64,000 nt of DNA from Alphaproteobacteria bacterium (GTDB taxonomy: Bacteria > Pseudomonadota > Alphaproteobacteria > G965222575), in contig OZ244958.1 in the NCBI GenBank assembly GCA_965222575.1, forward strand, positions 800,001 through 864,000, in the 5' to 3' direction. Positions 51,304 through 60,849 of the stretch are shown here, piece by piece; positions within the stretch are counted from its first letter, which is position 1; each line of letters begins with the position of its first letter. Made by a program: the position numbers and the translations under genes. The notes below the pieces were generated by a model. That model did no database searches. It was not told the DNA's origin and saw only the letters and a program-made list of their open reading frames with translations.

Positions 51304-52197
51304 ATGATTGGTATAGACCCCTCTTCTACAATAGCTCCGCCCGTTAGGTCTGATGTGCCTGCTAGTGGTGCTACACAGGCGAATCCGCAATCTTCTCAAT
51401 CGACTCCATTGGTGGCTGTGAATACAGCGCAACTCGGGGCGCCTTCACTAGCGCATAGCCCTACGGCGCTGACGATACCTTCTCCTATTTCAGGCATAGA
51501 TCAAGGGGACTACAACCGTGTGATGGCAGCGATTCGCACTTCAGAACAAGTAGACCTTGCGGCGGTGTTATCGTTATTGTTCAAAATGGCGAATTCTATG
51601 AAACAAATCTCGAGGGAATCGCGCATGAGTTATACGGCGTTGCAAATTGCGAAACTCAAAGAAGCAGCGGAAGATGGACGTCAAGCTGGTATTATGGGCA
51701 TGGCGGCTTCTTGTGCCTCGGGAGCGGCGGCGATTGCTTCAGGAGGAATGTCTGCGGCGAAAACTGCTAAAGCCGGTAAGATGGAGGTCAAAAATACGCA
51801 GGCTATGAGTAAGTTAAAAACTGATTTTAATACGACGAATAAGTCTAATACTGATTTGAAAGCCGGGAAGTTCACGCCGAAACAACAGCAACAGCTTATG
51901 AATCTGGAGCAAAAGCAAACGATTGCTATGCAAAAAGTGCTCAGTCAAGGAAATGCTCAAGCCCAGATTATGCAAGGCGTTGGAGAGATAGGGAAAGGCT
52001 CTTTTGAGTTAGGGGCTTCTGAGATGCGGGGACAACAGGCTGACACGGAAGCGGAAGCACGACATGATGCTTCCATGTCTGAACTAGAAACAGAGTACCA
52101 GAACCTTATGAAAGATATGCTACAGCAAATTTCATCGAAACTTGCTGCGATTCAGGACGCGGAACATGAAACGAATAAAGCCATTGTTAGAGCATAG
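51304..52197 (+). CDS. T3SS minor translocator SctB (YopD/IpaC/SseD family)
   Basis: Disordered N-terminus, DLAAVLSLLFKMA...RE.R, one Ala/Gly-rich hydrophobic segment, C-terminal amphipathic helix; follows SctE. Confidence 0.8.
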   Translation: MIGIDPSSTIAPPVRSDVPASGATQANPQSSQSTPLVAVNTAQLGAPSLAHSPTALTIPSPISGIDQGDYNRVMAAIRTSEQVDLAAVLSLLFKMANSMKQISRESRMSYTALQIAKLKEAAEDGRQAGIMGMAASCASGAAAIASGGMSAAKTAKAGKMEVKNTQAMSKLKTDFNTTNKSNTDLKAGKFTPKQQQQLMNLEQKQTIAMQKVLSQGNAQAQIMQGVGEIGKGSFELGASEMRGQQADTEAEARHDASMSELETEYQNLMKDMLQQISSKLAAIQDAEHETNKAIVRA

Positions 52198-52206
52198 GAG
52201 ATTGTT

Positions 52207-52668
52207 ATGAATTCTGTAATTTTTCAAAAGGTTGATGCCTTAGTCCAACAGCTAGGACGCGCTATTGAAATTGACCAACTTGCACTGGATAGCAAAGCCC
52301 ATTGTTGTCTTGCCTTTGATGATAAGATACTGGTCAATATGGAAGTGGATGAAGAAAGGGAAAGCTTGCTGTTTTATGCCTTTATTGGAGAAGTAAAAGG
52401 CGATCTTTCGGGGGGGTATAGACACTTGCTACAAAAAAACACTTCGGAGGAAATTGATTATATGACCTTGAGTCTTAATACCATGCACAATGAGCAAAAT
52501 GTTGTGTTGATGGATTGCCTTCATGAAAAAGTGATGGACTATCCTATTTTTGAAAAACGCTTGGAGTCATTTGTTGATTTTGCTGAGAATTGCGGACAAG
52601 AACTGGAAGTTTTCTTTGAACCGCCCCCGCAACAACAAGAGAACAACACAGATTTCCCTAATATATGA
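52207..52668 (+). CDS. T3SS class I effector chaperone (CesT/SycE/Tir chaperone family)
   Basis: Acidic, 153 aa; L.LD....C.L.FDDKI.V and LL..N patterns; C-terminal F...LE.FV..AE helix. Confidence 0.8.
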   Translation: MNSVIFQKVDALVQQLGRAIEIDQLALDSKAHCCLAFDDKILVNMEVDEERESLLFYAFIGEVKGDLSGGYRHLLQKNTSEEIDYMTLSLNTMHNEQNVVLMDCLHEKVMDYPIFEKRLESFVDFAENCGQELEVFFEPPPQQQENNTDFPNI

Positions 52669-52695
52669 CAGAGGAAAAGAAAATCACAAGAGATA

Positions 52696-52724
52696 ATGAC
52701 AAGAGCAAAAAAAAAAGATATACT
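52696..52724 (+). promoter_or_regulatory. Putative sigma70 promoter with an A10 tract in the spacer
   Basis: ATGACA (52696-52701), 17 nt including A10 at 52707-52716, then TATACT (52719-52724). Confidence 0.55.
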
Positions 52725-52775
52725 ATAAGAAATAAGCTTTAAGATTACAAGGTTAAAAAAGATAGAGGTTCAGAC

Positions 52776-53177
52776 GTGCCGCGGAAGAAAACACCAATTG
52801 AGATTTTGTCTTATAACAAAACAGTAGGGGCTAATATAAAATTGAAGAGGCGTTTGGCGTCGCTTAGCCAGAAGCAACTTGCTGCGAAGATGAACTTAAC
52901 AGCGCAACAATTGCAAAAATATGAAAATGGCAAAAATAGTATTTCTTCGGGAAGATTGCAGCAAATTGCCTATTTTTTGAAAGAGCCGGTAGAAGTCTTC
53001 TTCCGCGATGTCAAGAGTCTTAAAGTCGCGGATTATGATACAATCCTGCACCAGATGTATATTTCTGAAGACGAGGGAAAAGTGTTGCAGTTCTATAGAA
53101 AATTTTCTGAAAGCCCCGACCCAAAAGGAAAATTTATACTGAAGGTTATTGATTTTATTATCAAAGAGTGGAAATAA
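52776..53177 (+). CDS. XRE-family HTH transcriptional regulator
   Basis: VGANIK..R...LSQ.QLA....LT.QQLQKYENGKNSIS..RL..IA..L..PV..FF. Confidence 0.9.
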   Translation: MPRKKTPIEILSYNKTVGANIKLKRRLASLSQKQLAAKMNLTAQQLQKYENGKNSISSGRLQQIAYFLKEPVEVFFRDVKSLKVADYDTILHQMYISEDEGKVLQFYRKFSESPDPKGKFILKVIDFIIKEWK

Positions 53178-53230
53178 ACCCCTTTGTGACTTCAGAAAAA
53201 GAGTGAAGCCCTCCCTCTTTTGTGAGGGGG

Positions 53231-54436
53231 TTATGATAAGTCTTCTAAGAATTGGTCTAGGATGTTTTGTTTGACATGTTGCATCATTACAACATGAGCA
53301 AAGGGGACAAGTTCCCCCTTAACATCAAGTTCCATTGTGGCTAAGGAGTATTTTTGCACGATACGTGCAGAAGGTTTTTGAAAGAGGATGGTGTTGGAAG
53401 CTTCTGATGCCCGTAGGGGCATGAGATGAGGAAAAGAGGTTTTGAGTTGTTGGTGTAGGTAGGTGGTCTTTTTCAATATATCTTGTGCTTCTGCATGTTG
53501 GGTTTTCAAGGCGCTAGGCGTAGAGAAAAAGAAGAATTCCGCTGCATTGACAGCACTTCTTGAGCAGGCTATGGTACCCGGCACTTGATGGACATATTCG
53601 GGATTATGAAGGGTCTTGAAAATTTTTTGATAGGCCTCAAAAGACTTTCTTGTCATGAAAAATAAGCCTGCGGGATTAGGAAACCCAAAAAATTTATGAC
53701 AGGAAATAGCAATGGAGTCATACCGTCCGCTGGGATTGGTAGGAGAGAAATGTTGCACTTCATGAGCATAAGAAGTGTGGGGGAGATACCCCCCGAATAA
53801 GGCAGCATCCACATGTATGTAGCTAGGGAGAGGATGATGCTTAAGACAGGCTCTAATATTATCTAAGGGGTCTATAGCCCCTTTGAAGGTGCTCCCTAAG
53901 GCGGCTACGATTAAAGCCGGAGTATCAGCATTAAGCGCAAGCTTCTCAGCAAGATTTTCAATATCAAGCACCCCTGTTTCTGAGGCGTTGACAATGACTT
54001 TTTGTAGGTCTAGAACACTGCTTAAAATCTCCATAGAATAGTGCGCCTCGCGTGTAAAATATATCTTTGGCTTGATACCGCTTTGTCCCGTAAGCAGGAC
54101 GCGCCCTATGTAGAGCCCGTGCATATTCCCATCTGTCCCCCCTTGGGAAACGAAGCCCCATAAATTTTCCTCATCAAACTCTAAAAGCTTCCCAAAACGC
54201 TTGACAACTTCTTTCTCAAAATCATGGGTATGGTGAGGCAAAGGACTTGTCTCTTCATAAGGATTGCCTACATTATTGTGGTGAATAATGTTAATGCCAG
54301 TAGCCGTCAGTTCCTGCCGCCATTGAAAAAAAGCCTTTGGCGGTACACTTAAGTTAATAGGGTATCCTAAAGATAAGTCTTTAGACGCTGAATGAGTGTT
54401 TTTGTTTCGTAAGGCTTGAGAAACATCAAAGGACAC
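53231..54436 (-). CDS. Group II PLP-dependent decarboxylase, histidine/serine decarboxylase-like
   Basis: LGYPINL, NNVGNP, FEKEVV, WGFVSQGGTDGNMHG, HYS, GSTFKGAID, HVDAALFG, SCHKFFG (PLP Lys). Confidence 0.85.
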   Translation of the reverse strand: MSFDVSQALRNKNTHSASKDLSLGYPINLSVPPKAFFQWRQELTATGINIIHHNNVGNPYEETSPLPHHTHDFEKEVVKRFGKLLEFDEENLWGFVSQGGTDGNMHGLYIGRVLLTGQSGIKPKIYFTREAHYSMEILSSVLDLQKVIVNASETGVLDIENLAEKLALNADTPALIVAALGSTFKGAIDPLDNIRACLKHHPLPSYIHVDAALFGGYLPHTSYAHEVQHFSPTNPSGRYDSIAISCHKFFGFPNPAGLFFMTRKSFEAYQKIFKTLHNPEYVHQVPGTIACSRSAVNAAEFFFFSTPSALKTQHAEAQDILKKTTYLHQQLKTSFPHLMPLRASEASNTILFQKPSARIVQKYSLATMELDVKGELVPFAHVVMMQHVKQNILDQFLEDLS

Positions 54437-54513
54437 AATAAAACTCCTTGAAGATTTTTCCTAACTGAAAGCATACAATAGAATACTGTTACGCACAAAA
54501 TCTGTTTTTTTTC

Positions 54514-57306
54514 TTAAAGCGGCTTTTGAGGAAGGCGTTGTTTTTTTCTTAGAGTGACCTTTAAGAAGGGGCCTGTAGCGGTATAAGAGGTATTGGCAAG
54601 GGCGTTTGGTGTGCCTGTGAAGAGGATTTCGCCACCTTCCTCTCCGCCGCGCGGCCCCATCTCCACAATCCAATCCGCTTGCTTAATCACATCTAAATTG
54701 TGTTCAATGACTACCACTGTGTTCCCTTTGTCTACTAGTTGGTGAAAAATCTTCATCAGTTGGGTGATATCTTGAAAATGCAAGCCCGTTGTAGGCTCGT
54801 CAAAAATATACAAGCCCTGCCCTCTTGTTTGGCGTACGAGTTCTTTAGAGAGTTTTATCCGCTGGGCTTCCCCTCCTGATAGGGTCAAGGCCGATTGCCC
54901 TAAGCGAATATAGCCAAGACCGATGGCTTTCATTACCTGTAAGTGTCTTGAAATGACTGGTACTAACTGAAAAAATGCGCACGCTTCCTCCACACTCATG
55001 TTCAAAACATCAGCAATAGACTTCCCCTTATAGCGCACCTGAAGTGTCTGTTCATTATAACGCTTGCCTCCACACACAGGACAGGTCATATAAAGAGAGG
55101 GAAGAAAATGCATCTGCACTTTTTTCTCTCCATCTCCCTTGCATTCCGGGCATCTTCCTATTGCAACATTAAAAGAAAACCGTCCTGCCGCATATCCCCG
55201 TATACACGCCTCCTCAAGAGCTGCAAACCAAGAACGAATAGGAGAAAAAACGCCCGTATACGTTGCCGGCGTAGACCTAGGCGTACGACCAATAGGGCTT
55301 TGTGTGATTTTAATGACCTTTTGAATGTCCTCTATTCCTTGTAGGGTTGCTCCTCCTTGTGGGACTTCTCCTTTCAGAGCGGCTTGAGATAACTTCGTGA
55401 GTGTTTCTATCACTAAAGAAGACTTACCAGACCCCGATACGCCGGTGACGCAAATTAACCGCTTAAGTGGAAAAGAGACAGTGAGCTGTTTCAAATTGTT
55501 CACACGCGCCCCTTTAATGACTAAGGCGGCTCCCTTTTTAGAACAGGGGCGTCTTGTTTCAGGAATAGGGACCACGCGATACCCATTGAGATACTGCGCC
55601 GTAAGACCTTGAGAGGCTTTTTTTACCTCCTCAGGCGTTCCGCATGCCACAATGCGTCCTCCCTCTTTTCCCGCTTTCGGACCGATATCTACCAAATAAT
55701 CCCCCTGATTCATCACACTCTCATCATGCTCCACCACAATCACCGTATTGCCCGTATCCCGCAGCGTCTTCAAGGTATCCAAAAGCTTCGTGCTATCCCG
55801 TTGGTGTAACCCAATGGAGGGTTCATCTAAAACATAGAGCAATCCTGTTAACCCTGAGCCTACCTGTGATGCTAATCGAATCCGCTGGGCTTCCCCTCCC
55901 GATAAGGTCTCTGATGCCCGCGATAAGGTGAGATAGTGTAACCCTACATCTCTTAAAAACCCCAGTCGACTTTCTATCTCTTTTACAATCATGCGGCCAA
56001 TTTCTCGCTTTTGACTATCCAGTTCCTCCTCCACAGAGCTAACCCACAACAGTGCCTGCTCAATGGTCATATCACACACTTGCGCAATATTCCGATTCCA
56101 AACACGCACCGCTAGTGCCTCCGGACAAAGACGATGTCCCTTACAAGAGGAACAATCTCCTTTCTCTGCGTACTGCCGGAGAGAGTTTATCTCCTTATGC
56201 TCATACTCCCTGTGATATAACGCCTGTAAATAAGGCATCATGTTTGCGAACAATTTCTTCTGTGCTGAAGACGGTAGCTTTTTCCAAGGGGTGCGAGAGG
56301 GGAGGTGGTATTCTCTTTCTACCCGCCGTGCTAAACGCCGCAGAAATAAGGAAACATTTAGGGGAAAATGAAAACACTTGGGGGCTGGCAAAGACGGGGA
56401 TTTTAGTAAGCGCTCTTGTTCAAATCCTACTGTCTTGCCTAATCCAGAACAGGCAGAACACGCTCCGCGGGGAGTGTTAAAGGAAAACAAATTCGGCTCA
56501 ATCTCCCCTATGCAAAAGCCTGATACAGGACAGGCGGAGACAGAGGACATATACAGGGTTTCTTCTTGCTTCTCTCCTTGTAATAACACCATGAGTGTTG
56601 GGGAAAGAGACAGTGTTGTTTCTATGGAGGCCGCTAGTCTTTCCTTTTTGTCTTCTTCCCAAGGCATTGTTGTTCGTAGCCTATCCACGACGACTTCGAT
56701 ATCGTATTTTTTCTTTTGGTCTAAAGCGGGAAGTTCTTCTAGCAGTTCAATTTTGCCGTTGATTCTCACACGCAAGAAGCCATCCTTCAAAAGAGAGCCG
56801 AATAATTCTTCATGTTTGCCCTTGCGTTGCTGTGCGAGCTGCGCCATCAAGGTGATAGTCCCTTTGACCTTTTGGGATTTTTCACAGATTAGCCGTACCA
56901 TCTGTTCCACAGACTGACCGCTTATAGGCTCTCCTGTTGTAGGAGAGTAGGCGACTCCGATACGTGCGTATAAAAGGCGTAAATAATCATACACTTCTGT
57001 TACTGTTCCTACGGTAGAACGAGGATTATGAGTAGGCTTTTTCTGGGCAATAGAGACGGTGGGACTTAGACCAGAGATTTTGTCCACCTCTGCCTTCTGA
57101 CCCATGGTCAAGAACTGGCGTGCATAAGAAGACAAGCTTTCCAAGTATCTCTTCTGTCCTTCAGCGCAGATGGTGTCAAAAGCTAAAGAGCTCTTCCCTG
57201 AACCGGACACGCCTGTGAACACAATCAAGGATTTCTTGGGCAATTTCAAAGAAATGTTCGCGAGATTATGCTGCCGTGCTCCTTGAATGACAAGATACTC
57301 ATCCAT
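54514..57306 (-). CDS. uvrA: Excinuclease ABC subunit A
   Basis: GARQHNL, TGVSGSGKSSLAFDT, two LSGGEAQRI motifs, zinc fingers, PIGRTPRS. Confidence 0.97.
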   Translation of the reverse strand: MDEYLVIQGARQHNLANISLKLPKKSLIVFTGVSGSGKSSLAFDTICAEGQKRYLESLSSYARQFLTMGQKAEVDKISGLSPTVSIAQKKPTHNPRSTVGTVTEVYDYLRLLYARIGVAYSPTTGEPISGQSVEQMVRLICEKSQKVKGTITLMAQLAQQRKGKHEELFGSLLKDGFLRVRINGKIELLEELPALDQKKKYDIEVVVDRLRTTMPWEEDKKERLAASIETTLSLSPTLMVLLQGEKQEETLYMSSVSACPVSGFCIGEIEPNLFSFNTPRGACSACSGLGKTVGFEQERLLKSPSLPAPKCFHFPLNVSLFLRRLARRVEREYHLPSRTPWKKLPSSAQKKLFANMMPYLQALYHREYEHKEINSLRQYAEKGDCSSCKGHRLCPEALAVRVWNRNIAQVCDMTIEQALLWVSSVEEELDSQKREIGRMIVKEIESRLGFLRDVGLHYLTLSRASETLSGGEAQRIRLASQVGSGLTGLLYVLDEPSIGLHQRDSTKLLDTLKTLRDTGNTVIVVEHDESVMNQGDYLVDIGPKAGKEGGRIVACGTPEEVKKASQGLTAQYLNGYRVVPIPETRRPCSKKGAALVIKGARVNNLKQLTVSFPLKRLICVTGVSGSGKSSLVIETLTKLSQAALKGEVPQGGATLQGIEDIQKVIKITQSPIGRTPRSTPATYTGVFSPIRSWFAALEEACIRGYAAGRFSFNVAIGRCPECKGDGEKKVQMHFLPSLYMTCPVCGGKRYNEQTLQVRYKGKSIADVLNMSVEEACAFFQLVPVISRHLQVMKAIGLGYIRLGQSALTLSGGEAQRIKLSKELVRQTRGQGLYIFDEPTTGLHFQDITQLMKIFHQLVDKGNTVVVIEHNLDVIKQADWIVEMGPRGGEEGGEILFTGTPNALANTSYTATGPFLKVTLRKKQRLPQKPL

Positions 57307-57408
57307 GAGAGCGCTTATCTGTTAACATGTGAAATTTTTTGCATCCCTGAGAATCTTATGCTATAACTAGAGGCAGAATTATACTTTCGAGGCTACATAT
57401 TATATCAT

Positions 57409-57933
57409 ATGTCTGGTGTGAACAAAGTGATTTTGGTGGGGCGGTTAGGAAAAGACCCTGAGGAACGTTACTCTGCCTCTGGTAGTCTGATTGTGACTTT
57501 TTCCTTAGCGACCTCTGAAAGCTGGAAGGATAAAAACACAGGAGAAAGGCAAGAGCGCACCCAGTGGCATAACTTGGTTATCTTTCGTGAAGCCTTAGGG
57601 CGGTTGATTATGCAGTACTTAAAAAAAGGCTCTTTATCTTATTGCGAGGGGGCGTTACAAACAAGAAAATGGACTGATGATAAGGGTGTAGACCGTTATA
57701 CCACAGAAATTATTGTCAGTGATGTCACCTTTTTAGGGTCTCGTCGCGATGAAGGTAGCGTTACTCCTGAAGAGAGAAGGGCTCCGCAATCCAGTGCACC
57801 TAGTAGTAAGAACGACAATACAAGACGACCATCATCTCCTGAGAGGACAAAGCCACCAGAACCCTCTTCATCGCCTTCTAAACAGGAATTGCCAGAGGAA
57901 GCTTTGGCCTTGGATGACGAGATTCCCTTCTAG
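57409..57933 (+). CDS. ssb: Single-stranded DNA-binding protein
   Basis: VNKVILVGRLGKDPE, ATSESWKDK, EGALQTRKW, DDEIPF tail; divergent from uvrA. Confidence 0.97.
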   Translation: MSGVNKVILVGRLGKDPEERYSASGSLIVTFSLATSESWKDKNTGERQERTQWHNLVIFREALGRLIMQYLKKGSLSYCEGALQTRKWTDDKGVDRYTTEIIVSDVTFLGSRRDEGSVTPEERRAPQSSAPSSKNDNTRRPSSPERTKPPEPSSSPSKQELPEEALALDDEIPF

Positions 57934-57945
57934 GGAAGATATCTC

Positions 57946-59349
57946 ATGAAAGTGATTATCTGCGGTGCAGGGAGAGTGGGAAGGACACTTGCCCAATGGA
58001 TGTGTCAGCATAATGAATATGTTGTAACGGTCATAGAGGAAAATCGAGTCCTTGCGGAGAAAATTGAACAGGATTTTGATGTCACGGTACAGATCGGTCT
58101 TAGCAGCGACCCCCTTGTGCTAAAACAAGCCATTGGTCAAGGGTGTGACATATTGCTTGCGGTGACTCATTGTGATGAAGTGAACATGATGACCTGTAAA
58201 ATTGCGGCTTTATTCTTTGGCAATCAGACAAGGATTTTGCGTCTTAGAAATTCCTCCTATTTTCTACCGCAGTACAGTACGCTCTTTAGTGCTAGCAATG
58301 TCCCGGCAGATTTGGTCATTTCTACAGAGCAGGAAATTGCTACCATTATTCAACACGCTTTGGATATGCCGGGCACCCAGTTCACGGAAGCCTTTTGTAA
58401 AGGGCAAGTTTATGTCACGGGACTGAGTGTGAAGAAAGATACCCTTGTAGAAGGAAAACCCATTCAGGAAATCCATGCTTTGTATCCGGATGTGGTCTTT
58501 TCTATCCATATGATTGCTAAAGAAAAAGACCATCAGTTCACTTACGTCTCTGAGAAAGATTCTCTGGAAGCGCATGATAAAATTGTGCTGATTTATCCTC
58601 TGTCTCATATGAGCCGTATCATGTCTATTTTTGGGTATAGCCAGACTCATATGGAGCATGTCATTTTTATTGGAGGTGGTGCTATTAGTACGGCTATTAT
58701 TGAGAAGCTTCACCGTAGAAGCCCTAAGACCTATTTAACGATTGTGGAGAAGCAAGAGGAGCAGGTAGATAAGCTTTTGGAGCATCTTTATAGACATGAT
58801 ATCAAGAATCATAAGATTCTCAAAGGAGATGTGATGAATGAGAGCATCATGGGGCAGATTCCCTTTGATAAGTCGTCTGTTGTTCTCGCCTTGACAGATG
58901 AAGACAAAATCAACATTTTGGTTGCCTCTTTAGCGAAGTCTCTAGGGGTAGAGAAGTCTCTTGCTATTATCAATCATAAGCAGCAGTATCGGGCTTTAGT
59001 GGATTCCCTTGGCATAGATGTGGTGATTAATCCGCAAGATACCATTTCATCGGCCATTTTGCGTCATATTAAAAGAGGTCATATTCAGGCGATTTTTCCT
59101 ATTCCCGGGGAAGATATCTATATTTTGTCTGCTGTTATTGCTAGTGGGTCGTCCTTAGTGGGGGAAAATCTTTCTGTTTTAGAGGGAGGGAAGAATTTTA
59201 GGCTTTGTGGTTTGTATAGAGATAAGCTTTTTATGGCGTTATCAGAGGGTCTATTGCTGGAAAAAGGCGATCATCTTTTGTTATCCTGTAAGAAAGAGGC
59301 CATGAAGAGCTTAGAGCGCACCCTATCGCCTACTACGGAGTATTTTTAA
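57946..59349 (+). CDS. trkA: Trk potassium uptake NAD-binding subunit
   Basis: MKVIICGAGRVG, AVTHCDEVNM, second RCK IGGG, DKINIL. Confidence 0.9.
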   Translation: MKVIICGAGRVGRTLAQWMCQHNEYVVTVIEENRVLAEKIEQDFDVTVQIGLSSDPLVLKQAIGQGCDILLAVTHCDEVNMMTCKIAALFFGNQTRILRLRNSSYFLPQYSTLFSASNVPADLVISTEQEIATIIQHALDMPGTQFTEAFCKGQVYVTGLSVKKDTLVEGKPIQEIHALYPDVVFSIHMIAKEKDHQFTYVSEKDSLEAHDKIVLIYPLSHMSRIMSIFGYSQTHMEHVIFIGGGAISTAIIEKLHRRSPKTYLTIVEKQEEQVDKLLEHLYRHDIKNHKILKGDVMNESIMGQIPFDKSSVVLALTDEDKINILVASLAKSLGVEKSLAIINHKQQYRALVDSLGIDVVINPQDTISSAILRHIKRGHIQAIFPIPGEDIYILSAVIASGSSLVGENLSVLEGGKNFRLCGLYRDKLFMALSEGLLLEKGDHLLLSCKKEAMKSLERTLSPTTEYF

Positions 59350-59352
59350 TTC

Positions 59353-60849
59353 ATGTTTCGTACAACTGTGGGCGGGTTTTGCGTGCTGCTGTTTGCCTTT
59401 TCAGGGCTTTTTGTTCTCGCAGCGGTAGGCAGTTTATTATTAGACCATTTATCCTTTTTATCCTTTGCTCTTGGGGGCATGATTTGCTTGTGTTTCGCTG
59501 TGTCTTTAACCATCAGTACCTTGTCCAGAAAAATACCGCATCTTGCGCCTAAAGATATTCCCTTACGCATCAGCACGATTTTTCTATTGAGCTTGCTTAT
59601 TATGCCATTTTTTGGGGCTTTACCCTTTTATTTTGTCTACCCACAATCTCCTTTTTTTGGGTCTTTTTACTTGGAAAGCCTTTTGTGCCTTACCACTACG
59701 GGCGGGTCTTTTCTTCCTTATTCTCTCCCTGTCTATCTTCAGTTCTGGAAAGCATTAATGGCTTGGTTCGGCGGATTTCTCCACTTGTTTTGTATGAGCG
59801 CCATCCTATTGAATCTCTTTTTAGAAGACACCTTTTCAAGTCGCCAGCTGTTTCGGCGCCAAATCACTCTCTTCCACCCCTTCCCTAAGGGCCTCGTGAT
59901 GAAAATAGGGGGAACCTATCTTCTTCTTACGGCTGTTTGTTGGCTTTTGCTACAATTCTCAGGGATGGAGAAGTGGAGCTCTCTTTTTTACGCTCTTTCT
60001 AGCCTTAGCACTACAGGCTTGACCTTAAAAGGCCTGATGTTCCCCCCTCTTTCTCCTTCCAGTATGCTGGTGTTGTCTGTCTTTGTGTTGATAGGGGCAC
60101 TGAGTTTTCTCCATCTCCCTCTTCTGTTTGGTGACAAAAGCAGTAGAAAAATCTTCTTCCAAGACCAGCAGTTTAGGCTTCTGATGGGTCTTTTCTTAGG
60201 CGCTACTGCCATGATGAGTGTCTATGTTTTCTTCTCTGGCCGAAGTGTGTCTGTTTTCGACTCTCTTTTCGCAGGGCTTACCTTTTGCGCCAATACCCTC
60301 AGTACCACAGGCTGGGCTTTCGATAAAACACTGCCTTTGACGGCCTTTCCAACGCTTACAGCGCTAGTATTGATGGGCATTGGGGGCTGTTGGGTTTCCA
60401 CGGCAGGGGGGTTGAAAATCTTTCCTGCTTTCATCTTCGTGAAAGGGGCTGTGTTGGGGCTGTACAAGCTAGCCTTTCCCCACAGGGTGTTCGGGATTTT
60501 CTATCACACAACGCTTTTGAAAATACAATGGTTCAGAATCCTCTGGTTTATGGCCCTTGTATGCCTGTTCGTTGTGTTGCTGAGCGCCTTGCTTTTCACA
60601 GCTTATGACTATGATGTGCCAACCGCTTTGACACTCTCTTTGATAGCGCTCTCTAACACGGGAGGAGAACTAGGCTTTCTCACCATGGAAACCCTTAGCG
60701 ACTGGTCTTCTCTTTCTTCCCCCGTTGTACGATTAACGGCAGGAGGATTACTCTTAGGCGGACGGTGCGGTCTTTTCGTCCTGTTCATCGCTGCTACAAG
60801 ATTTTTTCAAACTGTTCCCCCTTCTTCATTCTCAGGAGCTGAAAGATGA
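59353..60849 (+). CDS. trkH: Trk potassium uptake membrane subunit
   Basis: Four pore loops (TTTG, STTG, STTG, SNTG), STAGGLK; hydrophobic. Confidence 0.85.
   Translation: MFRTTVGGFCVLLFAFSGLFVLAAVGSLLLDHLSFLSFALGGMICLCFAVSLTISTLSRKIPHLAPKDIPLRISTIFLLSLLIMPFFGALPFYFVYPQSPFFGSFYLESLLCLTTTGGSFLPYSLPVYLQFWKALMAWFGGFLHLFCMSAILLNLFLEDTFSSRQLFRRQITLFHPFPKGLVMKIGGTYLLLTAVCWLLLQFSGMEKWSSLFYALSSLSTTGLTLKGLMFPPLSPSSMLVLSVFVLIGALSFLHLPLLFGDKSSRKIFFQDQQFRLLMGLFLGATAMMSVYVFFSGRSVSVFDSLFAGLTFCANTLSTTGWAFDKTLPLTAFPTLTALVLMGIGGCWVSTAGGLKIFPAFIFVKGAVLGLYKLAFPHRVFGIFYHTTLLKIQWFRILWFMALVCLFVVLLSALLFTAYDYDVPTALTLSLIALSNTGGELGFLTMETLSDWSSLSSPVVRLTAGGLLLGGRCGLFVLFIAATRFFQTVPPSSFSGAER

Noticed and set aside
53178..53230. 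Possible bidirectional terminator between the XRE gene and the decarboxylase
   Set aside because: Only a weak 5-bp stem (CCCTC/GAGGG) with no convincing U-tract.
57307..57408. Alphaproteobacterial LexA box (GTTC-N7-GTTC) expected between uvrA and ssb
   Set aside because: No such motif found; absence alone is uninformative without knowing whether lexA exists.
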